A stretch of DNA of 64,000 nucleotides from Trichoplax adhaerens. Taxonomy: Eukaryota > Animalia > Placozoa. Shown piece after piece: positions 1 to 13,309 of this stretch. The notes beneath the pieces were generated by a model that was given only the letters and a program-made list of their open reading frames with translations, had not been told where the DNA came from and made no database searches. Position 1 is the stretch's first letter. Every line of letters begins with the position of its first letter. Both the position numbers and the translations under genes were made by a program. Location: the NCBI RefSeq assembly GCF_000150275.1, contig NW_002060966.1:591922-655921 (forward strand). The letters are read 5' to 3'.

Positions 1-521
1 TTTCTTATTGCGGACCCTAATAAAAGAATTTCGGCTGAATTAGCCATGGATGATGCTTATTTTCGTGAAGAACCTTATCCAACTGATGAGTTCGTATGCC
101 CTTTATCGTTACTTGACATTATAATTTCGAAAGTATAACTTATTTCAATATATTCCAAACAGCGTATTTGACGGGAAGCCTATACCTTATCCGAAGAGAG
201 AATTTTTGCATGATGATGAACATGAAGAGAAACACGATAAAAATAAGGTTCGACACTGCGTCTTCATTTTTTCACCTGAAATAATTCAGATTTAATATGC
301 GTTTCAAGGTGCATAATTGAAATAATTTTAATATATAACTGCCTACGCAATATAAATGGCTGAGCATGATGCAAATTATTTTCTTCCATCAGGGTAAAAA
401 GATGCATGCTGCCCATCAACATAACATTGGAGTAAATAATATCATGGCGAATCGACAACACCAGCAAAGTAGAATAGCCAACAATTATAACGCAAACGCA
501 CGTTATCCAGTGATTCAGTAA
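1..521 (+). CDS. CDK8: Cyclin-dependent kinase 8/19 (Mediator kinase), 3' part; gene begins upstream of the window
   Basis: Exons <1-89, 163-247, 393-521 splice to [69 protein letters not shown]...PVIQ*. The DVF.[10 protein letters not shown] motif followed by a Q/N/H-rich tail is characteristic of CDK8/CDK19. Confidence 0.9.
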
Positions 522-2714
522 AATCTTTGAACTATGAGTATATTGATATATCATTATCAATGTTGCTGATTCAAAAATTATCAGACTATATCGCAATCCC
601 AATATGATATTCTAACTTGATGTTACTTGGATAATTTTTTTCAACGGAGCACCACTGGTGCGAACGTTCAGTATATGATATTACAACTAGTATCATAATT
701 CCAACTGTTTTATATTCGCACACTAAGGTTCATCTTTTATAATTTCTTTTTGTATAATATTAAGCGAGAAATTGTTGTTTCATAGGCTATTTTTATTATT
801 TTTGTTAAGGATATGGTTAGGTATTGCAATATCTCAATTTCAGTGCGTATAGGAACCGGTTATCCAATCTATAGGATAAAATTTACTAGCTATGTATTTC
901 TGATGTGTTACTAGATATATCGTATCAAATTATTTTATTCCAATATCAGAACTAAGAAATAAAATTAAGAAATATCACTCATTTTATTATTCCTGTTTAG
1001 CTAAATATTCTTTCCAAGTAACTAATTATCACCCATGCATTGCTAGAAAAACCGCAACCAAGATATGACCCATTATGCAGATAATATCGAGTTACTGCAT
1101 AGTAAGTTGAGTACACGCTAATAACTATTTGAAACTGTACTTCCGTATTAAGAAGATAATTACTGCATGAAAAAGTAACAAGTGTAAACAATTCGTTAAC
1201 GACGAAATAATGTCATTGAAAAAAAAACGAGTGATCTAATTCAGAATGCAGCTTGCATATCAAAATAATCCTTTTAAGTAGAATATGATATGCACAAATA
1301 CTAATTTTAACATAATACAATATGTTATATATGTTATAATTACCAGACGTACATCAACCATTAAATACCTCGGGTCATAACTTCAATGCAGTGAAGTGTC
1401 TCAAAATCAGCACCACGAGAACTACGATTTCTTGTTATCTTCACTTCAATCACATGCATTATTTTGTATTAAGGAATATCTGCACCTGTATCTCTGCAGC
1501 AACGAAAGAAGCTACCGTTTGCATAATAGAGTGTATAAGAACTAGCTCATAGGTTAAAGGAAATAAAGTAATAATATTATGAAGCTGTTCGTTAGTAGTA
1601 TTTGACTGAAAAATCGCGATCACGGTAACAGTTCCATGTCATGCTAGAAAGTTATTTATATGCACAGTAGTGTGATAATCTAGCTGTGAATTTTGTTTTA
1701 CTGGAATATTTTGTGTAAAGCACATTCCTATTAATTTGAGCAGGTATTCAACTAGCGTAAATTTGTAAAAGCATGAGTGAATGCAGTGCGGAAATTATAA
1801 CGAGTTTGAGTATTTCATAATTATACCTCATGAACAAGCTTTCTATCCATAAGCCACAAGCACGATCTACTTATTTTGGGGTACAAGTAATCATCTATTA
1901 ACCTTTGAACATAATATTTCAATAGATTGTTATAATACATACTGCTATCGTCTTTTGCAAATTGCATTTAATTAGATACTTATTATAATTTCGCAATCCG
2001 AATACAAGTTAAACTATTCTCGTGCATTCTTACTATTTTAATCTTAGCTATATATGGACCATATCACACCTACAAATATGATCCTATTTAGAATTGTACT
2101 ACAGTAATCATCGATTTATTAATTGATACCAATAATCAGATAAGGTAGAAAGGCAAACCTAGGCTCTGTTACAAATCTATTTTTGTAAGGAGTGAAAATA
2201 AATATTAATACTACTACAGCGAATCAACACCACAAATCTGCTGTCATTTTTGTCTTCCGATATTTACTTACTTATAGTAGCACTCTAAACGCAGACAATC
2301 TGCTATCATCAGGAGGAAGAGATGCACTAGTAGTCTTTCTTAGACAAAACTGAACGTAAACTTTACAGAAAGTCTGATTAGTTAGTTTATACTAAAGCCG
2401 CATAAATATTAGTTATCAGTACGTAGATAATATTATTATTATATTCACTTATCGACTGAAAAACATAAAAAATATCTTAGGTAAATTAATATTGGTACAT
2501 TTCTAGATAAGTAATATTAAGGAAAGAATGCTGCGGCAGCTATGTAAAAGTTGCTTTGAAACAGGTTCTAGCAATTATGCTGATGCTATTAGGTTTTTCA
2601 GCATCTATTCTTTAACGTTATTCTAAGCTTCAGCTAACGCCAAAATTTTATCTATCCGCGCTGCATTGATTGGAATTGCCTAAATAATTCTTCCCTCTCC
2701 AACTTTGCACGCTG

Positions 2715-5700
2715 TTATGGCTGCGTCAGTACCTTCATTTTTATCTAATACACAAGACAAATATCAACAAAATTAACTGAATTAATAATATAATCAATGG
2801 GTAATTAAAAGCTAAGTAATAGTATTCGTATTTAAATATTGTTACGTTGTGCATGATGAAGATTACCGTATAGAGTTTGCACTTTGACAGATAGAAATAG
2901 TCATTCCTGTGCTTATTCTAGGCAGTCTTTAATTAATTCTAATTCTCAACTAACCTTCTTTGCTTTAGAGTCTACACGAGAAAGTAGTAAAGTATCCCAG
3001 GCTTTGGAATATTCTCCGGTAAGAGGGCTACCGCCATCCAAAGGAACTTTTTCGCCTTCATTCCAAAATTTTTGACGTAGCCTGTCCGGCATTAATTCAT
3101 CAACATCGAGTGCAAGATCAACCTAAAAAGCATTACAAATTATTCAAACAGTCTCTTCATCTATTATTACAAAGTTCATAACGTTATTGCTTGCACCTGC
3201 ATCTTTAAATGCTTAAATGTAGCTTGATTTCGAATTTTTTTTATATCATCAACTGCCAAACCGGTCTATTTTATGAAATAAACCAGAAAATACTCTTATT
3301 TACACAGATCAATTAATTTCGAGCTCAATTATGTGCAAAATCAACATGTGCTTAATGAAGTATGGGTATTTGGCTTCAATAGAAAATATAGCCGATAAAT
3401 TCCTTACCAACAGATTGACCAGCAAGATACGTATGAAAATGATAAAAATGGCATAAAGAATACTCGTTGCTGCTTTATGGAGAATTGGAACGTTATCATT
3501 AAAAAATATATTTCTGAAGTCTACTGAATCAATAGTCATGATAGCTGTCGAACTCCAGGCTGCTTCAGCAGAGCTGAACTGTTTCTAAGGAAAATATTCA
3601 ATGTTACATATTTTTGTATTACCAAATCTATGTTTAAAGGGATATTATTATGCCTCTATTCTGTCGTTAGATATTTCAAAATTATTCACGAACAAACTAC
3701 TCACATGATTTTGTAATAATAAGAAAAATGAAATTCCAAACCCAGTCATAATCAGCAAAAAAATGATAATTGATTCAGCGAAGGTTATGCATAGATCTAT
3801 AAACATGAGAACATAAATTCCAAATCTGGGAAATATTCTAGCGAATAATGCTAGATTAAACCATGACAAAAAAACGGAGACTGCTCCAATTTGTGATAGC
3901 GAATTACTGTTGAAGTAATTAACAGGCAGAGTAAATATAAGAGTCATAATATAACAAATAATTTCCAACAGATTTTCCACAGTGACGTAGTCGCGTCTTT
4001 GATACAAGAATTGAAAGAGCTGTAATAAAACAGGTAAAAGCAACGGTAAATGGATATTGCGGTTCTTATGTACGCTTGTAATGATTATTATAACATGGTT
4101 ACATGGAATGTGACCATTTATACTTTCCAGAAAAATTATCTAAGAAGTATTTTTACCTCAAATGCTAGGCGAACAGCGGCAAGTATCGAAACGATTACCG
4201 AACTAGCACAAATGAAATAAATTTTAGAATAATCTATTTGATTTGTTGTATTGCTCGAAAGAAGATTAGCTGCATTATTTTCATTCGTCGAATTAACTTG
4301 CATTGTCAGAAAGCATAAATGACGGGTACCACGCGGATTCTCAATAGCGAATGCGGTTAAAAAAATCAAATAAAATACATATAGGATTAAATTGGTGTAG
4401 TAGATATATCGTCCAGATTGCTTCCATTTAAAGCTTAAGAAGTTCTTAACCAAAGGATGAGCTAGTAAGGATTCCCGTTTACTCTTAACCTATTCATGTA
4501 CCATATCAAATTAAGTAATGTTAATTCTGCGCACTAATACAGATATATAGCACTCACTGATGTAGTAAAATTATAATATTATACATTTATCATTTCTATT
4601 TTACTAGTGCATTCCGTATTTTTTATCGTATTGCAAGAGTATAGCTTGCTAAAGTTTGAAATTCTAATTTTTCTGCTCTTAATTAGAATTTTAGTTGGCC
4701 TTACTCATAATAATCGAGATCGGATTTAACCCGATCAAATACTCGTATAGTTGATGCAAGTAATCTTTATGTTTTAACTATGCTCAAAAAAAATGATGCA
4801 AAATTAAGCATGAGCGCTGTAATTCAGCTTAAAGTAAACGAAATACTATTCTATACCATAATCATTTAAGGATAATTTGCTGTAGACCATCTCTGTCTGC
4901 TATTTGGTCGTTTCATACAGTGAATGAAAATATCATTAGCGTTATTGTAACACGGATCCTCAGTACTTTCGGCCTGAAAAGACTTAAACCAATTGGTAAG
5001 GGTGTCGTCTAAGAATTCATATCGAAAGCTAATTGCGTAGTTTGAATCTCCAGTAGACTCCTTAGTTATGCATTTATTGAATGCTATTTCAGCCACATCT
5101 AATGCATGATAATTGACGGCAATTTAGAATGCAAAATTACTTTACATTTAACATAAATATTTTATCTTGCATATAACTGACGAAAATTGCAAAAATTTGG
5201 CAAAGTTTTAAATTATGTATTGCAAACTATGCTCTACTTTAAAGAAAATTTCGACCGCAAATCACGTAATATTTGACCGAAATATTCTATCTAGCTTATA
5301 ATTAAAATAATTGAAAAATTGAGTATAATTTAAAATTACTTAAGCTTTCTAAACTATGCTCTAAAGATCGTAGAGGTCATTACTACGAAACTGTTTGAGA
5401 AATATCAAGTAATATGACGAAAAATTCTTACCTGGTAACTTACGTATTAATTTACGTAGCGGAGTATCAATATTGCCTGTAGCAGATACGGTAGGATTTC
5501 TAAGAAGCTCTTTCCACTTTTCATGGTTAATTATAGCCATACTCGTTTCACTATCATTAAGACGAAAATGGAAGTGTAACTTCTACTTCAAAAATTGATC
5601 TTATCATTGTAGACTAGTATTAAGCAAGATCAGACGAAATTGTTAAGTAGATTTACCGATGGCCTTCATCTATAGCCATATCCAAGCAATTCCTCCCAGT

Positions 5701-8700
5701 CGTATCAGTTAAAGTGGCATCAGCTCCCTTCTGAAGTAACAGCTGCACACAACTTGTATGGCCATTCTGAGCTGCTAAATGCAACGGAGTGGTCTACAAC
5801 ATTATATAGGGAAATAAAAAATTATTTTAAATTTTATAGATATTTGAACAATGTACAATAGCAATTAACCTTTCCGTATTTAAATGTTTCAAATAAGGCT
5901 AATACATAACAGAAATAATTCAATTGGAAATGACTAGATATAGCTGAAAGTCTTTCTATCAAATCAATAATTCGACGTATTACTGAAAGTATCAGGATCT
6001 ATATTACCTAACCGTATTTGAACGATTAAAATTTAATTAATGTACAACGAGGAATTAATGGACTGATATTCATAGTTGCTAAAAACAACAGAAAATCTTT
6101 TGTAAATATATTAGTTTATGTATTAATTGAATAGATAAAGACCAATAATCTCATCGTGTTTAATTATACGTCAATTTTAATTAATAGAATCCGAAAAATT
6201 AATTGCTTATACTTGATACAAAGCAAAATTCTCTGTAATATTGCAGTAGATTTAACGTTACTATTTATTGCGATAGTCAACTGAAGTAGCGCGTAATTAC
6301 TCATTGATAAAGGATATAATGTATATTGACAAATTGCTGTTGACTGTTTTCTGAAAACAACGCCAAGTAATATTATACCTTGCACGATATGGCGAGCTTG
6401 GTAAATTAAACAAACGATATAATGTTCATTGTAAGAAATATTAGTTATTATAAGTATCAAGTGATACATAGACATTATTGACTAAATGTATAATAATCGG
6501 TAGCCTATTTATAGATGTTATTTTAAATTCAACCTGTAATTATTAAGAAATTGTCTTACTTTGATATTTACTTTATGATCATGGTTTGGATCTATAGGGG
6601 AATCCGCAGCAAGCAATAATTCTATCGCTTTAGACCTGCCATTTGCGGCTGCGCAAGCTAAAGGTGTCTTTCCATCAATATTTCTAGGATTATAAATTTT
6701 TATTTAATTCGAGTACTTTTGGAATTTATTATGTCTATGATACATTATTATTATCTGAGTTAGCTAGTATTAAGTGAGATTTCTGATTCACTCAATTAGA
6801 GAAGTATAACAGAAGGCATTCGCTTAAGCACATAGTTACTGCCTACCTAACATCAACGGCAGCGCCATTTCGCAACAATACTGAAAGAACTTCAGTATGG
6901 CCCGCAATTGCCGCTAAATGTAAAGGAGTATTAGATCGACCATCTCTATCATAGAGGATGGAACGCTTGTGATTCACTAAGATTCTAACAGTTCTTTGAA
7001 TAAGAAAAGATGGGCATATTGTGTAAGTTTTACCACTTTCTACTCCCTTTCTGTTCTATTTTATATTAGTACTTCCATTTACAATAAAATATGAACATGC
7101 CTCAGCCGTAATATATGCCTTGATAAATAATGTAATCGAATTATTCGTAACATGTGACCAAAAGATCGCATAAAACTTAAAAAGAATATTAAAAAATTCT
7201 GTAGCTTTGCTAACTTTGTTCTTCCTTTGCTTGCGGCTAAATGAAGAGGTGTCATCTCATTTCCATTTCTGGCATTAATTTGAGCATCATAAGATAATAA
7301 AACCTATAATAAATTTTGTTTTTTGAATATTATTCTTGTCAGCGTCATTTTCATCATGATATTACGTTTAAAATTATTATTAATTGAACAATATATCAAT
7401 ACAAAAGGCATATAAAACAAGCAATGTATGGTATAACCTACCTTAACACATTCAGCGTAACCTTCTTGACATGCAATATGCAAAGGGTAGTTATTATTGT
7501 CATCAGATGTGTCAAGTAACGCTCTAGCCGTTTCAGTATCTTCTTTAAGTAGATGCTAAATTTGCAAAATTAATAGATTATCTCAGCTCTTTGCGTTATA
7601 GATTCATACACTTTAGTATTGAAATTGGAGATTTTTGAAATGGTTATAAATTAAAAAGATATAATAAAATCATAATCGAGCTTACTTTCAAGATATTTGA
7701 TCGATTTTTTTGGGTAGCCCAATAAACTGAATTTCTTTCACGATAATCTGTTGCTAAAATATTAGCCCTATTATTTAACAGTGCTTTGATGGCTTCAACG
7801 TGACTACGAACAGTCGCGCATAGAAGAGGCGTACAATACTGTTGATCTGTGGCCTCGATATTAGCTTGTCTATTGAATAAAAAAAATTAAATTTACTCGT
7901 TCAGTAGTAACCTCAACTGCAGCTGCAGGCATAATACGAAATGCCATAGAAAATTTTATAATTCATAAAGTAGACAAAGAAAATCAATATTACTTTTGGA
8001 TTAAATATTTAATAATTTCAAGTTTATTGTAGCTAGCAGCACGATGAAGAGGTGTTTGCAGTTTTATAGTCTTGGCGTTAACTTTTGCACCATTATTTAT
8101 TAGTAGCATTACAATCTCTTTATTTCTAGCGGCTGCTAAATGTAACGGTGTTACACCATTAGATGCCTCTGCATTGACATTCGCGCCTAATAAAAAGATA
8201 CATAAGAATGTAAAATATTATAAATAGGCAAAAATTTATATAAAATGAAAGCAGGCTTCATGCTAACTGTAAAGATAGTATTGTAATTAGTTTCTTTCAC
8301 CCTTTTCAAGTAAGAACTTTACCACATAAGTGTGTCTGTTGTCGGCAGCATAATGTAAAGGTGTATACATTTTATTATCCGTGGCATTGAGGATTTCCAA
8401 TAAAGTATGGCCACAACTCTGGCTAGTTCTTATGAACTTAGCTAACTCTTCTACAGTCTGAAAATATGGTAAGTAATGCAAAATGTGTTTATTAAATTTT
8501 ATCATTTCATAAGAGTTAGTATTGCATACTATTGGCTAGACTGTCAAACATTTGAAGGCGTCAGTTTGTTAGGAAACTAATTGTGACAGGTATTACTTAT
8601 TGTTGCTGCTTACATTTAGATGGCCTTCTATGCAAGCAATATGCATTGGTGTAAGTTGATCGTCGTCTCTACACAGAATATCTCCTAACCGCTTGAGCAA

Positions 8701-11659
8701 CATTTCTGTAACTTCCAGGTGTGCTTTACTTATAGCCAGATGCAATGACTTTATAAGTTGACTACGTTCGAACTAGACAAAGTTGATAGTACAAGACTTA
8801 TCAATTAATTTGCATAAAGATTCAATTAAAAAATTTTATAATTTTTATAAATAATTTTAGACCTAGACAAGTGTATGATTGCGGGTTTTATAAAATAAGG
8901 TGAGAAAGTTACAATCAGAAAAAGGAATCAACTTTATGCGAAACTATTCTCAAAATGTACAGTATAAATGCACATAAACTTAATGATCTATCTAAAGCTA
9001 ACAAACAGATAGACTAAGATATATACAGTAACTCATCACACCTTATTTCGGTGATCTTCTTGAGATAATAAATAATTACAGACATGTTGATTGCCTCTTT
9101 CTGCCGCATAATTCATCGGCGTAAAGCCGTACTTATCGCACATGTTGATATCTTCCCACTTTTTAAAGATACATAGAATATCGGCGCTACATGCTGTAGG
9201 ATCATTAACTTTATCATCAGATGATTTCTCTAAAAGTACAACATATTTGCTATCGTATGAAGTTGACTTCCGATATTTAACAAGCATAAGCATTAAGACA
9301 AGATGGATAATCATATTATAGTAGTTAAACCTTTATAAAGCAATAACTGGGAAAAAGTAACAATAACTTCTACTTAATCACGTCCGGCAGTTTTTTATTT
9401 GAGATTTTAGCATTCATCACCTTCTTTTTGAATCGATTGGTCTTCGGTCCTTGTAGGCCTATAAAATTTGGCGGCATAATGTAATGGCGTTGCCTCATCT
9501 TTATCTTTGACGAATACGTCTGTAAAACATTGCATACAAATAATGCAGTTAGGATTTTAAGATATACGTATACTAACATTATGGTATTGCGCAGCATTAA
9601 AACTAAATTAAATACTAGATCAAATAAAGTAATTTAGTTAATGTATGAGATTATACTGTAGTAAAGTACTAAATTTAAGGTACAGAGCAGCGATGAGCAC
9701 AGTTGGAACTGAACGACCTACTCGAACGAACAAAGAGTACTCTAGTTAATATATGAAAATATAGCGTTGTGAAGTACTAACATTACGATACTAAGCAGCT
9801 ACTCGTCGAATTGGAACTAAATTACCTATACGATCGAATAAGTGCTCTAGTTAATGTATCAGAATATACCATAGTACAATACCACTAACTGCACGGTACT
9901 GAACAGTCGTGAGCAGAATTTAAACTAATTTACCTACTCGGTCAAAAAAAATGTTCTAGTTAATATATGAAAAATATACAGTACAAACAGTTAAATGAGA
10001 TAAATATACTTTTTATGATATTCTAATGCGTTTTAAACTTTATAATAATTCAATTTTGACCTATAAATAATCATGCAAAATTGAATTATTTTCTATATGT
10101 CTGGATAATGATAAATAATTGTAGGTAGCTTTCATTCTGCTCACCGTAAACTTACTTGCTCCATTATCAACCAAGATTTTAAAGCATTCCTTTTTATTAT
10201 ATTGCATCGCGTAGTGAATAGGGCAAACTCCCTTCTTATCTCGTTGATTAATATAATCATTTTTCTTCATTTCATCCAAGCCTCTAGTTTCCGTGGTGAT
10301 TAAGTATTCGATATCTTGTTTCAATCCTTTCCGTGCAGCCTATTAATATGTACGTATAAAGCTCAATGGAAGTTGACTTGTTAATAGTAAAAGCTCTATT
10401 TTAGCTTCATGGCCACTATTACGAAGTCGAAAGTTTATAATTAATGTAGTATATTGAATTTGGTGCTATAATTTGTAAAGTCACTATGCTTATTTAATGA
10501 TAAAGTGTAGATATATATTTTCAGTGTGAAACTATAATATTTAAGATTACTTAGGCTTAGTTATTACAGCCAACGAAGTCCGTTCTTGTCTTATCATATT
10601 CAATATAAGCAGGGGTTATCGCTTTTAGTGGTGTGATAAATTACCCGTTATCAATGCTCATGGTATGCTATTTTAAAATGTTCTTACTAACATTCTCTAT
10701 TTATAACGGTACTGGTATCTATAATAAAGTTCAGTTCAGCACTCAACTATAACGAACTCTTGTAACGTAAAAGATAGTATTACCAAAGTAAAGTCGTAAT
10801 AGCCACCTTCTCTGATACTGTGCAAATTTTAACAATCATAAATAACACCAAGATGAAATAGAGCTAAATAGTGCTAACCATAACAAAATCGGTACCTCAT
10901 TACTTCATTGAGTTAAGAAGGAAATGATACAATTAATCTTTTAAAACTGTGACTGAAAATTACAACAAATACTTAGTGATTGCTGTTCAAATCTCGTTAT
11001 TTTTCTAAGTATGCTTCTACTATTCCGTAACGTAAAATGAGATAAAGATTAGAGTTACGATAAAGTTCTTAGCATCTTGGTTAATACTAGCGTTTTGATA
11101 CAAACACTACAATGGAAGAACAACAAGATATTCACTACAGAAATGTAAATTGCTGTACTAAATTACCTTAAAAATTTATACTGAAGTCTTATATTCAGAT
11201 TTAAACATACACTAGCGGTTATCATATCAAACTAGTAAATTACCCGTTACAATGAACGGGAACGTATTTTAACATTCGGTACAGTATTTTATATAAGATA
11301 TACTTTTTTTACAACATTTTCTACCAGATGTATTATTGAGCTTCGAATTGAAAGTACATTATATAGTTCACTAAATTAAGTAATACCCCTAGAATGTTTT
11401 CACTGATAAAAGAAATGATTAACTCGGATTGATGATATACTGTATTCGTATCATCCGAAATTATTGATATCACAATCGCATTATGTCAGCTACAATATAG
11501 AATCTATTCAATTAAATTCGTAATATCATTTCGTTAGCTTACTTCATGTAATGTTTTGGATGCACAATATGTATTCTCTGTCGATGAAGGCATGCTTGTT
11601 TCAGTATAAGCTGTTACGTCAACTTGCACTTGGGATTCTTCTGTCGGAGACGAATTCAT
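2715..11659 (-). pseudogene. TRPA1-like ankyrin-repeat TRP channel, copy A; carries a premature stop (pseudogene, truncated ankyrin protein, or sequence error)
   Basis: 21 exons: 11543-11659, 10156-10339, 9421-9519, 9042-9229, 8614-8772, 8301-8457, 7994-8186, 7686-7869, 7442-7555, 7215-7303, 6847-6993, 6572-6683, 5657-5793, 5432-5550, 4857-5098, 4157-4489, 3705-4019, 3408-3584, 3197-3265, 2955-3122, 2715-2744. Many TPLH.AA ankyrin repeats, then DTPLRKLIRKLP, LLAHPLV..FL..KW, TM helices and NLLTGLAVDDI. In-frame TAA at 4866-4868 (NYP*MIM versus NHPLMIM in copy B). Confidence 0.88.
9690..9985. repeat. Three degenerate tandem units of ~105-109 bp in intron 2 of TRPA copy A
   Basis: The core ggaact.aa..acctac/t...tctagttaat.tat.a.aatata recurs, with ctagttaat at ~9742, ~9847 and ~9956. 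Confidence 0.7.
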
Positions 11660-12625
11660 GTTGTTTGACTGGGTAGAAGGATTACTTTCAGGACTGAGAT
11701 TGTAGAAAGAATAATTTTTAGGGTCAAATGGAAATAGCAACACAATTATGTGGCAGACCGAATTCGAAATTTTGTTACTATCCTTAATCATGAGGCATTC
11801 ACTATAATAGCATCGATCCTAAGCGTAATAGGAAGTGGCTATAACTTCTGCATTATTATTATTATTATACTATATTTCAAGTATTTCGGTCATTGACATT
11901 ATTGTGTACACCCAAGTCAGTTTAAGATGTGACATATATTCACTTGAATAGTAGTTTATCGTAGTGTTAATAATTTGCATCATAAGATGCAAATTATTCA
12001 TAACTTACATTAAATTAAGTAAATTGACGTACGTATTAGTCAAATTGATTTATAACGAGTTACTGATCATACTGTCCTCTTATAATACCAGCGCATTAAT
12101 AAGGAACTCTATTTATACTTTAGAACTGAAGTTTGACATTATTTTATCCTAGTAAAGATCGATTCATCTCTAAAAATGGCAAAAGAACACATCATATAAA
12201 GTTGGAAACTATGCAATGCTCACAGAATAGGCTATCAAGCTATTACGTACTTTTAATAATAAAGCTTGTAGTCAAAATGCTGAAATAGCTTTCTAGTGGG
12301 CATAGAACAAGTATAGATCTATAACGTACAAATATATCATTAACTTAAATAAACTTGCATTCTTCCTCACAATTACACTACAGCTAAGCTTTGCCTGTTA
12401 TATTCTGGGAAATTAAATGCTGTCGTTGAGGTTCGGAATCGATAGGAAAGATTGGACGAATTAAATGACTATCAAAAAACCTTAATTAATAGTAGTGGAA
12501 CATCCTTTAAAAAGTAATACCGTCTTCCTTTCATAACTATAACTAAGATCTTTGAATTTAATGAAGAGGACATAATTAGCATAATTCATTTTAGGCCATA
12601 ATTTGTAGCCAAATGCGATTAAGAT

Positions 12626-13309
12626 GAGCGTAACATAGTCAAACGCATTTATTAAAAACTTAATTTAGTAAAGACTTTGTTAGTCCTAGATCCAACTAGA
12701 TGTCTCAGAGATCCTCCGTACTCAATATATAGTAATTTTATGCTTTCCAAATGTCATTTTCTTCTTTGACACGAAACCTAGCTAGCATACTTTCCAAGTT
12801 GCATTCCTTCTCATTATATTTTATCTGTTATTATCATTAAAATTAAGGCCATCAGCCTTATAATTATAAGTATCTGAGCGCAACATAGTCAAACATATTT
12901 ATTAAAATCTTATTTTAGTAAGGACTTTACTAGTTCTAGATCCAACAAGATCTCCCAGAGATCCTTAGACTACATTGCAAACAATGCGCTGTTTGTTGGT
13001 ATATTCACGTGGTTATGTGGATAATATATACAATTTTGTTGCAAGCAGTTGAAAAGTGCTTTAACTGTCACATGATAAAGGTCCAACTTCTATAAATAAA
13101 TCACGGCATAGAGCATCTGCTAATTCTCAAAATTCTATCAAACCAATCTTTTTATATGTTTACTCTCCATTCCCTATTCAGTACTCAATATATAGCAATT
13201 CTACGCTTTCCAATTGTTATTTTCTTCTTTAGAACGAAACTTAGCTGGCATACTTTCCAAGTTGCATTCCTTCTCCTTATATTTTATCTGTTATTATCAT
13301 TAGAATTAA
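12626..13309. repeat. Tandem duplication of a ~220 bp unit; the second copy is interrupted by ~215 bp of extra sequence
   Basis: 12626-12846 (gagcgtaacatagtcaaac...gagatcct-cc-gtactcaatatatag...ttatcattaaaattaa) is matched by 12876-12965 plus 13181-13309. Confidence 0.85.

Noticed and set aside
264-602. 112-aa minus-strand ORF
   Set aside because: Antisense to the CDK8 last intron and exon; no recognisable motif.
1365-1525. 18-nt exact match (tgcattattttgtattaa) and weak similarity to TRPA-B exon 24805-24986
   Set aside because: The match is short and AT-rich and the surrounding translation does not align convincingly; could be chance.
6164-6475. 103-aa ORF inside a TRPA-A intron
   Set aside because: AT-rich composition, no motif, absent from the paralog.
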